From an uncultured Gammaproteobacteria bacterium (GTDB lineage Bacteria; Pseudomonadota; Gammaproteobacteria; CAWCPV01), in NCBI GenBank assembly GCA_963797555.1, contig CAWCPV010000015.1, positions 10,585 to 74,584 of the forward strand: a stretch of DNA of 64,000 bases, read 5' to 3'. A program made the position numbers and the translations under genes. A model generated the notes under the pieces. It was given only the letters and a program-made list of their open reading frames with translations. It was not told the DNA's origin and did not search any database. This document shows positions 23,783 to 33,469 of the stretch, in pieces; position 1 is the first letter of the stretch; each line of letters opens with the position of its first letter.

Positions 23783-24991
23783 ATGCGCAAGTTGGCCAGG
23801 GCACTCATGCTGTGTGTTGCTGCCGTACCACTTGCTTACGCGGGCGGACAGGGCGGAGCTTATTCTCTCGGCGGGTTCGGTGCCGGAGTTTCGACGGGTC
23901 ACTTCGGCAGCGGGCGCTCGTTCGGTAGCTTCGGGGGTGGCCACTCTAGCCGTAGCTTCGGCAGCGGGCGCTTCAGCGGCGGCCAGCCTGCCGGCGGCTT
24001 CGGTGGGGGGCGCGCCGTCGGTCGTGCGGGCGGGGGACCCTCTGTCGGCAACTTCGCTAGCGGGCACTCCGTCGGGAGCTTCAGCGACCAGCCATCTGTC
24101 GGCGGCTCCGCTGCTGGACGCTCTTTTGGCCGCCCGAGCTTCGGTCGCCCGAGTGATGGCCGGCTTGGGCGCAGCGTCGGAGCTGAAAGCTCCGTCGGAG
24201 ACCTCGAGGTCGGGCGCTCCGTCGGTGGCTTCTCCACCGAGCGCCCCATCCGTAGGTTCAACGGTGAGCCCGCTGTCGGCACGCTCGGTGCTGAGCGTTC
24301 GTTGCGCAGTTCCGCGCTGGAAGAGTCTCCCGGCAGGCCGAGTGGCAGGCGCATCTCCGCCGACGCGGTCGCTCCTCACCCTGCGGGTCCCAGCATAGGC
24401 GATGCTCCTGCCGAGCAACCCGGCACGCGGTCCACCATTTACCGATGGGTGGACGGGAAGGGGACCTTGCACTTTTCGGATAGGCGCCGCGGTGAGGGAC
24501 AAGCCGCTGGAGCAGAGGTTCTGGCGCACGACTCGCCCGTCTTAACGTCGACGACGCTGCCACGGCGAAACGTAACGTCACCCGGAGAGCGCGACGCACA
24601 GCGAGGGAGCCACGTGACCAACGGTCCTGGCGCGGCTCATCCCGGGGGTAGCCGGACAATCGACGGTGGGGCGACGAGTGGCCCTCATATCGGTAACGCG
24701 GGTTGGGGGCATGGGTTCCGACACCATCGCCATCACAACGCTCACCGCCGCCCCGTTGAACTCCTGGTGTTTGCGCCGTTTTACCCATTCTTGAATTTTG
24801 GCTATCCCTACGGTTATTACCCGTACCCTTACACCTTCGATGCATACGATGGCTACGGCGACTACTGTGATCCAAACTCTCCGGCTTACGATCCCTCCCG
24901 GCTCGGCACCTACGGCGATGAGCTGATTTGCTGCAGCCCATATTCTCCCTACTATGATTCCGACCACTGCGTAAACGCCGACGAGTCCTGA
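23783..24991 (+). CDS. Secreted Gly/Ser/Phe-repeat protein with DUF4124-like motif and Tyr/Pro-rich tail
   Basis: GGAGG RBS, signal peptide MRKLARALMLCVAAVPLAYA, TIYRWVDGKGTLHFSD motif. Confidence 0.65.
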   Translation: MRKLARALMLCVAAVPLAYAGGQGGAYSLGGFGAGVSTGHFGSGRSFGSFGGGHSSRSFGSGRFSGGQPAGGFGGGRAVGRAGGGPSVGNFASGHSVGSFSDQPSVGGSAAGRSFGRPSFGRPSDGRLGRSVGAESSVGDLEVGRSVGGFSTERPIRRFNGEPAVGTLGAERSLRSSALEESPGRPSGRRISADAVAPHPAGPSIGDAPAEQPGTRSTIYRWVDGKGTLHFSDRRRGEGQAAGAEVLAHDSPVLTSTTLPRRNVTSPGERDAQRGSHVTNGPGAAHPGGSRTIDGGATSGPHIGNAGWGHGFRHHRHHNAHRRPVELLVFAPFYPFLNFGYPYGYYPYPYTFDAYDGYGDYCDPNSPAYDPSRLGTYGDELICCSPYSPYYDSDHCVNADES

Positions 24992-25089
24992 CCCGACGTT
25001 GACAGCATTTACCCACACGGGGGTCGAAACACGATAGGCGACAGGGACTTACTTGCCGCGGGCGGTTAAAGGGCGCGTCTCTAAAGCGC

Positions 25090-26028
25090 TCAGCCCTCGA
25101 GCTGCTGGATACCGTCCAGGAACCATGTGGGACGGGTGCTGCGGTTCGGGCGTATGAAGTGCCAGACCTCCCGCACCTGGTAAGGCCGCGCGTCTTCGCC
25201 CTTCTCGCTGTCCACTTCACGCATCAGGACGTCGAACAGCACGCTCGCCTCCGTCCGGTCATCCACCTCCCGCACTTCCAGGAGTTGCGCGTCCACCTTG
25301 AAGACATCGGTCCGGTTGGTGCCCGAGCGGGCACGGAACTGATCCTGTATCTCGGTGAACACCGTGTCCGTAGTGAACTGCCGGATGTCGGCGAGGTCGC
25401 CCTTGTCCCATGCCTCCTGGAGGCGGCGGTAGGCGCTCTGGGCCCCTTCCAGGAAACGCTCCCGGTCAAACCCCTCAGGGATGCTGCTTAGCGGTGCCGG
25501 GGCGACTGCAGCGGCTTCGCCCTGGCCCTCCCGCTTGAGAAGCAAGTCGGTGTCGAAACCGCGCTCGGAGCGATCTTCGTAGGCGTTGCGCTCGAAGGCC
25601 CCGGAACCCGGCGCGCCGTCGCCCGGAGATGCCGCCGACATCCCTCGCGCACGCCGACGCATCCTGAACAGGTAGTAGAGCAGGAGGGCGATGCCAGCGA
25701 ACACCAGGATGTCGAACAACTTGAGCCCCTCGAACGCGCCGCCGAAGAACAGCGCGCCCAGCAGACCGCCCAGCGCCAGCCCACCGAGCATCCCCCACAG
25801 CCCGCCGCGCTGCGAGAGCTGCGTGCGCCGTGCCTGGTTCTGCGCCTGACCCAGGCTCGGTGTCTGGTTCAGCGCAGGCCTATTCATCCTGTACGGCTGA
25901 CTATAGAAGGGCTTGCTCCCGAAGGAGCGACCGCCGCCTAGGCGCCCGGCCTGGGCATCGCCGAATGGTACCAGCAGCAATGTCGCCGCCGCGAGGACGG
26001 CCATCGCGATCACCAGAAATTGCTTCAT
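25090..26028 (-). CDS. Tim44-like domain protein
   Basis: AQAGRLGGGRSFG, GLALGGLLGALFFG, LQEAWDKGDL, REVWHF, WFLDGIQQ. Confidence 0.92.
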   Translation of the reverse strand: MKQFLVIAMAVLAAATLLLVPFGDAQAGRLGGGRSFGSKPFYSQPYRMNRPALNQTPSLGQAQNQARRTQLSQRGGLWGMLGGLALGGLLGALFFGGAFEGLKLFDILVFAGIALLLYYLFRMRRRARGMSAASPGDGAPGSGAFERNAYEDRSERGFDTDLLLKREGQGEAAAVAPAPLSSIPEGFDRERFLEGAQSAYRRLQEAWDKGDLADIRQFTTDTVFTEIQDQFRARSGTNRTDVFKVDAQLLEVREVDDRTEASVLFDVLMREVDSEKGEDARPYQVREVWHFIRPNRSTRPTWFLDGIQQLEG

Positions 26029-26461
26029 ACATCCCCCTCCTTTATGGACCAGCCAGCAATGTCCTGGCCCACCTTCTCGGCCAACCGTCATCCCATCGAA
26101 CTCCACCTCTCTGACCCCACTCGGCACACCGCGGTTCCGTTGAAGTGGATCCCGGACAAGTGGAAAAGTAAGGCGTTGAGGGCGCAATGCCATCCGCCAA
26201 TGCGCGTTGCTGGACCTGCCGCGGTCGAGCTACTACCTCACCCGGCCAAGGGGTGCCCGAGAAAACCGCTGCTGGCGGCAGCTCGGGCCTCCGTGTTGTG
26301 CTATCGTCGAATGTCACCAGCCAGGGGCCGCCAGGGGCGTGTGGCACGCGAGCCGAATGAAAGACAATTTCGGTCGGAGACCGGTGCTGCTGGGGATCGC
26401 TGACTCCCCCGGAACACGCCGGAACCTTTGCGGTCGATCCATACGGAAACGGGGAAGACTC

Positions 26462-26764
26462 ATGTTCATTGCAACCAATCGGTTCAGAATCGCGCCCGGT
26501 CGAGAGGAGGAGTTCGTCGAGATCTGGCGCAAGCGCGACACCTATCTCGACGGCGTACCGGGTTTCAAGGAGTTTCATCTGCTGCGAGGGCCGCAGGAGG
26601 AGACGCACACGCTGTTCGCCTCGCATTCGGTCTGGGAATCGCGCCAAGCGTTCGATGCCTGGACGAAGTCGGAGGCATTCAAGAAGGCCCATGCTCAGGC
26701 GGGTGGTGCGCGCGACCTGTATCTGGGGCCGCCGCAGTTCGAGGGCTTCGAGGTCGTTGTCTGA
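26462..26764 (+). CDS. Antibiotic biosynthesis monooxygenase (ABM) family, heme-degrading monooxygenase-like
   Basis: MFIATNRF, VPGFKEFHLLRG, WTKSEAFKKAH. Confidence 0.88.
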   Translation: MFIATNRFRIAPGREEEFVEIWRKRDTYLDGVPGFKEFHLLRGPQEETHTLFASHSVWESRQAFDAWTKSEAFKKAHAQAGGARDLYLGPPQFEGFEVVV

Positions 26765-27066
26765 CGATACCCATCGAGGCGGCAGCCGGGTCAGGCTTGA
26801 CGACCAGACACCCGGAGGTGCGGGCGCGGAGTCGGGGCAGTCCCTGCAAAGCCGTCCTCGGACGTTCAACGCGCCCCGAGCGGCGCTCACCATCGGGCGT
26901 CCGCTCGCCGGAGCAGCCGCGGCCGGCACCGGCGCGTACAGGCCGGCGCTGTCTGGCGAATAGACGGCGCGCTGACCTCGAGCCCAGGCGCACGCACGAG
27001 CGCACGCCGGCCGGCTGACCCCGGCGGCCCGGAGCCGTATGATAGGTGTGCGGCGGGGAGATGATC

Positions 27067-27717
27067 ATGGCGCACAAAACGCTGTCCGAGGCCAACAAAG
27101 AGCGGTTCGACGAGATCGCGAGCGCATGGGACGAGGACCCTCGCCGCGTGGGCACGGCGCGCGCGATCGCGCAGGCCATCCTGGAGGCGGTCCGCCCTAA
27201 CGGGACCGAGCGGGCGCTGGAATTTGGCGCAGGCACAGGCCTGATCACAGCGCTTCTCGCGCCGACGCTGGGCGAGGTGCTGGCGGCGGACAACTCGGCG
27301 GGGATGCTCGAAGTCCTCGATAAGAAGCGGGGCGAACTCGGGCTCGCCAATGTGCGCACCCAGCAGAGCGACCTCTCCCGGGAGACCCCTGCCGGGCCGT
27401 TCGATCTCATTTTCAGCAGCATGACGCTGCATCACATCCAGGACGTGGAAGGTCTTCTGGCGCGCCTCGCGGGGCTACTGGCGCCCGGCGGCCGTCTCGC
27501 GGTGGCGGACCTCGACCACGAGGACGGCAGCTTCCACGGCGACGCGCAGGGCATCGCGCATCACGGCTTCGAGCGTGGGGTGATGGAACGCTGGCTGCGC
27601 TCGGCAGGGCTGGAACAGATCGCGATCGTTACCGCGCACGTCATGCACAAGGCTGGAGCGGACGGGCGGCCGCGCGAGTACCCGATCTTTCTCGCAACGG
27701 CACGCATGCCGGGTTGA
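27067..27717 (+). CDS. Class I SAM-dependent methyltransferase
   Basis: LEFGAGTG, SSMTLHHI, DLDHEDGSFH, HHGF. Confidence 0.9.
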   Translation: MAHKTLSEANKERFDEIASAWDEDPRRVGTARAIAQAILEAVRPNGTERALEFGAGTGLITALLAPTLGEVLAADNSAGMLEVLDKKRGELGLANVRTQQSDLSRETPAGPFDLIFSSMTLHHIQDVEGLLARLAGLLAPGGRLAVADLDHEDGSFHGDAQGIAHHGFERGVMERWLRSAGLEQIAIVTAHVMHKAGADGRPREYPIFLATARMPG

Positions 27718-27973
27718 CCCCTTCTGAACCGCTATCAGCGGGTGAAGGACCAGGTTTTCACCCGGTTGGCTTGCGCCCCGTTGGTTGCAGGGTAGACGAT
27801 GGTGGCCGATACCGAAAAGTAGCGGGATTGCCGATGTTCGAGACCGCCGCTGCGCCGGCAGCCATTTCTTCGCTTGACCACTTACCTTCGCCGTCCGACC
27901 TGTCCTCATCGCTTTTCACGTGTCCCCGTATCCCCGGTCACTTGCGGCTATCGCCCGAGGCTTGCGCATCGCA

Positions 27974-28335
27974 ATGGCGACGTGCGCGCAGGGAGAAAGC
28001 GGACTGCGGACATTTGTTGCGGTGGTACAGGGGCTACGCTATCGGCGCCAGACATGCTGCAAGGCGCTGGCTAACGGTCGCTGCCGCCTCCACGGCGGGC
28101 TGAGCACAGGACCGAAGACCCCTGGGGGGAAGGTCCGTGCACTCGGCAACCTCAGGCAGTACCGCGCTGCGCCCGAGCCGCAACGGGTGCCGTCAAGTAC
28201 ATCGGCACGAAGCCGGTCAAGCGGGACAACGTCTGCAACACCGGGCTGGCGTGGACGCCAGGACAGGTGATCGCGGTCCCGCGTGAGGTCGCCGACCGGC
28301 TGCTCCGGTATCCCGATGTCTGGGTCCTCGGCTGA
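27974..28335 (+). pseudogene. Phage-like remnants: HGGxSTG-domain fragment plus a second short fragment (28192-28335)
   Basis: NGRCRLHGGLSTGPKT motif; VKYIGTKPVKRDNVCNTGLAWTPGQV...LLRYPDVW lacking its own start. Confidence 0.55.
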
Positions 28336-28792
28336 AATGCGCACTTATTGCGCGCCTCCTCACTGGCTCGCGCGTTGGGGTCCCCCTGCCTCGTGCATCT
28401 CGGGGTTCGGTGCGGGCAGTCCACACCCCTCACCACCCCGACCCGAACGGCTGGTCATACACGCCTGTCTACCCGCGAATGCGCCCGATGAAGCCGATAG
28501 GTGTGGACGGAATGAAGGTTGGGTTGAACGTCTACAAGAAGCGGTAGGACTCAACCGGAGTGACGCGTCAAGGGTTCCGGGTCTGCATCCGGCTCGGCAA
28601 CCGCTCAACTGGGGCCGCCGGTCACCCGCCCAATTTGTCGTCACTTACGTCAGCAGAGTCTCTCCGTAATTGACGGCGACACCGGGTAGCTTCGGCCTCC
28701 ACCGTTCGTCGAAAGGACGCCGGCAAGCAAAACAGTGACAGTATCCGGGTATCGCATGCTCATGATCGGCTTGCTGCCGCGTACGCTCGGCG

Positions 28793-29443
28793 TTAGTGCC
28801 CGGCTGTCTGTGCCCGGCGCAAGAGGGCCACAGTGATATCATGCGCTACCATGCCGCAGTAGGCCCCTGCGATGACATCGCTCAGGAAGTGGTAGCCGGT
28901 GCCCATGAGCGCGGCTGCCAAGACGCAGGACAGCCCCACACACCAGGCGCGCGATCCCGGATAGAAGCGCGATACGGCCAGCAGGGCCGCGGCAAACACC
29001 GACATATGGCCGGAGGGGAAGGCATCGAGCTGCGCGGCGCCGCCCCACCAATGGAAGCCATAGAGTTCCGGATGATCAAGCCACTGCCGTGGCGAGGGCC
29101 GCCCAAACATATACTGAAGTCCCGTCTTGAGGGCATAGGCGACGACGACCGAACTGCCAAGGAGCTGAAAGAAACGCGCCGCGATGGATGCGGGCTCCCG
29201 AGTTTCAAGGTACAGGGCAAGCGTCCAGCTCCCGAGCGCAGTCACCATCACCAGCGCCAGCAGCAGATCGGGGATAGCGCCGGTGGCGCGGCTGAGTGCA
29301 GCGTTATGAAAAATGACCCTGGCCACCGACCGTGCGATGGGCATATCCAGATACCTGAAGCTCACGGCCACCGTGGCGACGACGGCAACAAAACCGATAA
29401 TAGTCCTTCCACTCAGCCATTCGAGTCTCGTGTATATCGACAT
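28793..29443 (-). CDS. PAP2 family membrane phosphatase
   Basis: FGRPSP, FPSGH, YHFLSDVIAG motifs and TM helices. Confidence 0.9.
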   Translation of the reverse strand: MSIYTRLEWLSGRTIIGFVAVVATVAVSFRYLDMPIARSVARVIFHNAALSRATGAIPDLLLALVMVTALGSWTLALYLETREPASIAARFFQLLGSSVVVAYALKTGLQYMFGRPSPRQWLDHPELYGFHWWGGAAQLDAFPSGHMSVFAAALLAVSRFYPGSRAWCVGLSCVLAAALMGTGYHFLSDVIAGAYCGMVAHDITVALLRRAQTAGH

Positions 29444-29563
29444 CGTTCAGGGCTTCCGGGCTGGGGTGTGGCAGGCTAACTTCTGCGCATGCGGTTGCCA
29501 TGCGGGCGCTCACCATGACGGTGGAGGACCTGCCATAATCCTCCCACCCGACGCCGGCCATGG

Positions 29564-30010
29564 TCAGGGGCATCCCCTCCCCGGGCGGTAGCCCGCCATC
29601 TCGGCCGCCTGACGGCTGGTGAAGTAGGTCTTGTGCTCCGAGCGCTCGGCGTGCGCGTAGCCGGGACTCCCGGGAAATGATAGACGTGACTGCGGGTGTT
29701 CCCGATGACCGGGCCAAAGAACGCGACGCGGGAAGTGGTGAGTCGCGGTTCTCCGAAAGCATCGGAGCCAGCGGTCTCACTGGCCGACCGGTAGGGCTCG
29801 GAGTGCTGCTGGTGGACTTGCCAGTTCTGGCGGTACAGGGCCGCGAGCCGTGAGTGAGAGCACCAGCACGTTTTCGGCGTTGTTCTCCTCCGCAGCCGGA
29901 GTGAAGTTGAAAGAGCCCGTGACCACGATGCTCCTGTCGATCACCATCACCCTTGTTGTGGGCGATGGCGTGTTGGCGGTCGACCCAGACAGGACGCCGG
30001 CGTCTGGCGA
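29564..30010 (-). pseudogene. 5'-truncated PLD-family (Nuc-like) nuclease fused to an Ada-type metal-binding domain, frameshifted
   Basis: HAIAHNK/VMVID...TGSFNFT..AEENNAEN, then VIGNTRSHVYH...YFTSRQAAEMAGYRP across three frameshifts. Confidence 0.7.
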
Positions 30011-30032
30011 CCTCATGGTCGGCCCCCCGCGG

Positions 30033-30659
30033 TCAGTGCTTGCCATAGTCGAGCGCAACACCCTTTCGCTGCGCGTACAAGTAAGCTTCTAGCGCTCTCA
30101 TCTTCGGGTCATCCGCACTCAAAGGCTTGCCTTTGACCGGATGCTCTATGCACCAGTTGATCATGTCTCGGAGCAGAGCGACACGTCCGAGCTGTTCTTG
30201 AAACTTGGGATAGGTCTCTGGGTGTGTGTTGGCACCGTTGGGATGGCACATATCACAGGAGACGCCTATGGTGCCACGCAGCTCCGTTGCGCTGTGGAAA
30301 ACGGTGGAACCGTATACCGCGAGCTTGTAGGTCTCTCGCTGCCACATCTGTGTGTCCGGCTTGGTGACGTCGGCATAGATGGACCCTTGGCCGCGGCCGA
30401 CCTGATCGCTGTTATCGGCGGGGGCGACCACCGTATGCCTTTCCAGCTCCTCCTTCATCCAATGGATCTCCGGGTGACCGGTCAGCCACTGAGCCATTAT
30501 CGCCGGGTCCAAGCTTTGGGCTTGCGGGCTAGCCTCGGCCGGAGAAATCCGGACGTGGCTCTGCTTGGCTACCTCGGTCTGGGTGGCGCCACGGCTGTCT
30601 GGTGGGCCGATAAGGCAGGCCAGCGCGGCAATTGCACCGTACAGCTTAACCCTGTTCAT
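30033..30659 (-). CDS. Periplasmic monoheme cytochrome c, SoxA/TsdA-like domain
   Basis: Signal peptide, CDMCH, YPKF...LRDMINWC. Confidence 0.8.
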   Translation of the reverse strand: MNRVKLYGAIAALACLIGPPDSRGATQTEVAKQSHVRISPAEASPQAQSLDPAIMAQWLTGHPEIHWMKEELERHTVVAPADNSDQVGRGQGSIYADVTKPDTQMWQRETYKLAVYGSTVFHSATELRGTIGVSCDMCHPNGANTHPETYPKFQEQLGRVALLRDMINWCIEHPVKGKPLSADDPKMRALEAYLYAQRKGVALDYGKH

Positions 30660-30709
30660 GCCTCTCTCCTCAGTGAATGCCTCGTCCCTCGGATTATCGA
30701 GCGCAGCGC

Positions 30710-31852
30710 CTAGTAGCTCGTGAGGTTCGGTTCCGCCGGCCGGTCCGCCTGACCGCCGCTGGTGAGGTACGCGGCCTTGACCTGCACCGGATTACGGTTC
30801 CAGAATCGATACACCGCATCCTTTAGCCCCTCGGGATTTGCCCGGAACGTGCCGTCCCCGAGAGCGTCATTGCGATTAAAGGGATTCGCCCGGTCCATCT
30901 GCACCGTAAGTTTTGGCAACCCTTCCGGGGCATACGGCCAGGGCCAGGCCGTCGAGAGCATGCCGTAGAAGTTGATGTTGCCGATGCGGTTCATCAGCAT
31001 CTGGTGGGTATGGCCGTGGACGACACTGACCGTTCGGAATCGGCCGAGAATCGCCTGAACCTCATCGGCGTCCTCGGTCCAGAAATTCCACGGCCGGTAG
31101 TACTTGTACAGAGGAGAGTGGGAGAACACGATGACGGGTGTCTCCGGGGTGTAACGGGCCAGGTCGTTCTTTAGCCAGTCTCGCTGCTCCTCCCCCACCT
31201 TGAAGCGCCCCTGGATTCCGTTGTCCAGGCCCGCGACCGTCTGCATCCGTTCCATGGGCGTCATGCCGCGGGCGGTCCAAAAGTCGTCCTCATAGACACT
31301 CTGCAGCACGACGAAGTGCACGCCCTTATGGTCGAAGGAGTAGGTCGGCTTGCCAAAGAGCTGCTGCCAAGTCTCACCGAGATCGTAGAACCAGTCGTGC
31401 TCGCCGACCATCACCTTGAGGGGCGCCTTGATAACCTTGAGAATCTCCGCTCCCATGTGCAGCTCTGCCGGCTGACCAAGCTGGGCCAGGTCGCCCCCGA
31501 AGAGCACGAAGTCGGGCTGGGGATTCATGCTGTTGATGTCATCTACCGCCCGCAGCATCTGATTCACGAAACGGTCGTTGACGTTCTTCGTATAGAGGTG
31601 AGCGTCCGACAGATAGGCGAAGGTAAAGCCCTGGCCGTCAGCACCGCCTTCGGCCCCGAAGGCGACTTCCACCGGTTGGAAGCCATGAAAAGGATGGCTC
31701 ACTCCAGCCGACAGGGCTCCGCCGGCGGCCGCGATTGCCACCTTCAGGAAGGAGCGGCGGTCGAGGTTGCGCAGTCCCCGGAAAAAGGTCTCGCGCTCCT
31801 CGTAGTACCGGGTCTCCACGCTCTTGACGTGGGGTATTCTCTTTGCACCCAT
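30710..31852 (-). CDS. Tat-exported calcineurin-like metallophosphoesterase
   Basis: DRRSFLK Tat motif; DAH, GGD, GEHD, SH, HGHTH metal ligands. Confidence 0.88.
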   Translation of the reverse strand: MGAKRIPHVKSVETRYYEERETFFRGLRNLDRRSFLKVAIAAAGGALSAGVSHPFHGFQPVEVAFGAEGGADGQGFTFAYLSDAHLYTKNVNDRFVNQMLRAVDDINSMNPQPDFVLFGGDLAQLGQPAELHMGAEILKVIKAPLKVMVGEHDWFYDLGETWQQLFGKPTYSFDHKGVHFVVLQSVYEDDFWTARGMTPMERMQTVAGLDNGIQGRFKVGEEQRDWLKNDLARYTPETPVIVFSHSPLYKYYRPWNFWTEDADEVQAILGRFRTVSVVHGHTHQMLMNRIGNINFYGMLSTAWPWPYAPEGLPKLTVQMDRANPFNRNDALGDGTFRANPEGLKDAVYRFWNRNPVQVKAAYLTSGGQADRPAEPNLTSY

Positions 31853-31864
31853 GGCCCGACCTCC

Positions 31865-33214
31865 TCAGCGCCCGCTGTACTTGCTCAAATCCACTTTCAC
31901 GCGCTCCTGGAATGGGAGCTCTTTCCGTCCGCGAGCGCGGTATCGCGCAACGGCCTGTTCTTTCGGGCCATCGCCGATTGCTGGGCGCGTGCGTCGGCGT
32001 TCTGTTTGGCGAAGCGCTCATCGGTCAACGTGAGCAGGAATGCGACCATGTCATCGATCTCGTCGTCGGTGAGTCCCAGAGGCTGAATGCCGCCATCGAG
32101 AAACGGATTGGCCTCACCGCCCTTGTTGTAGTGATCCATGACATCCCACAGCGTCGCCAGGGAGCCATCGTGCATGTACGGCGCGGTGATGCCGATGTTT
32201 CGGATCTGCTCGGTCTTGAAGGCGCCAATATCTGCGGGAGCCTTGGTCACGAGAAAACGCCCCAGCTCGGAAAGGTCGGTCTGCAACGCCAGTACATCTA
32301 CCGCTTGCAGGCCCCCTGCCGTCTCGAGCGCCGCCAACGCCCGCTGAGCCAGCGCCTCGAAATCCTGGTGACGCGCGGCAACGCCGATGTTGTGGAAGCG
32401 GTTGTCGGTGCCGAGCGGCTGCGCCGGATTCAGCATGTGGCACGAGACGCAACGGGCCTTCCCGTTGAACAACGCCCAGCCACGCTTTGCTTGGGCGGAG
32501 ATGGCCCGCTGGTCGCCGGCCAGGAAGCGGTCGAACGGCGCATCCAGGAATACGAGGGTACGCTCGAAGGTTGCGATGGCGCGGGCCAGGTCCTCGTAAT
32601 TGGGGTCGTGCCCATAGGCCTCGTGGAACATCTTGATGTAGTCGGGATCCTTTGCGACGGCCGCGATCGCCTGCGCCTGGTTGGGCTGTCCCATCTCGAC
32701 GGGGTTCAGGATCGGCAGCTTCGCCTGGGCCTCCAGCGAGGGCGCGCGACCGTCCCAGAACAAGCTGTCGAAGAACATCGCGTTCAGCGTCGTCGGCGCG
32801 TTGCGTTTGCCGTGCTGGCTACGGATGCCCTCGGAGGTCTTGCGCCGATCGGTGAACGCCTTGCCCACGTCGTGACAGGTCGCGCAGGCCACCGTCCCGT
32901 CTGCGGACAGCCGGGTCTCGAAATAAAGTCTCTTGCCGAGCGCCACCCGCGCGGGGGTGATCGCGTTGTCCGCAGGCACCACCATGGCGTCCCAGACGCC
33001 CCGGTCTACCGTTGGCGGCAGTTGTGTCACGGGCTGGTTGGGGTCTCGGCCTGCCAACAACTGATGCAACTGAGCGATTTGCTGATCCATCGGCTGCGCG
33101 CCGTGGAGATCCCTCGGTGCCGCTCCGCAAGCTGCAATCCAGCCCGCAGGAGCTCAGCACGACGACGGCATGGAGAGTCATGAGCTGACACACCCGCGAT
33201 GCTCGCTTGTCCAT
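31865..33214 (-). CDS. Diheme cytochrome c peroxidase, MauG-like; frameshifts near both ends
   Basis: CATCH and CVSCH, RNAPT, FWDGRA, TAPYMHDG...HYNKGG; N-terminal leader and C-terminal ELPFQER...SGR lie in shifted frames. Confidence 0.88.
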
Positions 33215-33309
33215 GGCAAACGACTCCGACGGTGGTAAAGGAATTTTAGACGTGGTCCAAGCCTAAACCACGGAAATCCCCTTTGCAAGGCCCGGCGGAT
33301 TAGTTTTCG

Positions 33310-33352
33310 TCGTTGCTCTCGGGCCGCTCGCGAGGATTCGTGCACAGGCTCT
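33310..33352. repeat. MITE-like repeat family, degenerate right end (copy 2)
   Basis: CTCTCGGGCCGCTCGCGAGGATTCGTGCACAGGCTCT resembles 50686-50724. Confidence 0.4.
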
Positions 33353-33469
33353 GAGGGGTTCAGGGGCGCCGGCTCACCGGTACCTAGGGACCGATGTAAC
33401 CATGCGCGCCGGGGGTGGTTTAACATCTGTGTGCGGCGGGACGCCGCAGCATTCCAACGGAGATCCGCC

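Noticed and set aside
27800-27835. c-di-GMP-I riboswitch-like 3' end (GTAGCGGGATTGCCGA)
   Set aside because: No upstream GGCAAA / GNRA / GACGCAAA elements
31843-33183. 446-aa plus-strand ORF, and similar ones at 53852-55333 and 57597-58961
   Set aside because: Antisense shadows of clearly identified genes in high-GC DNA
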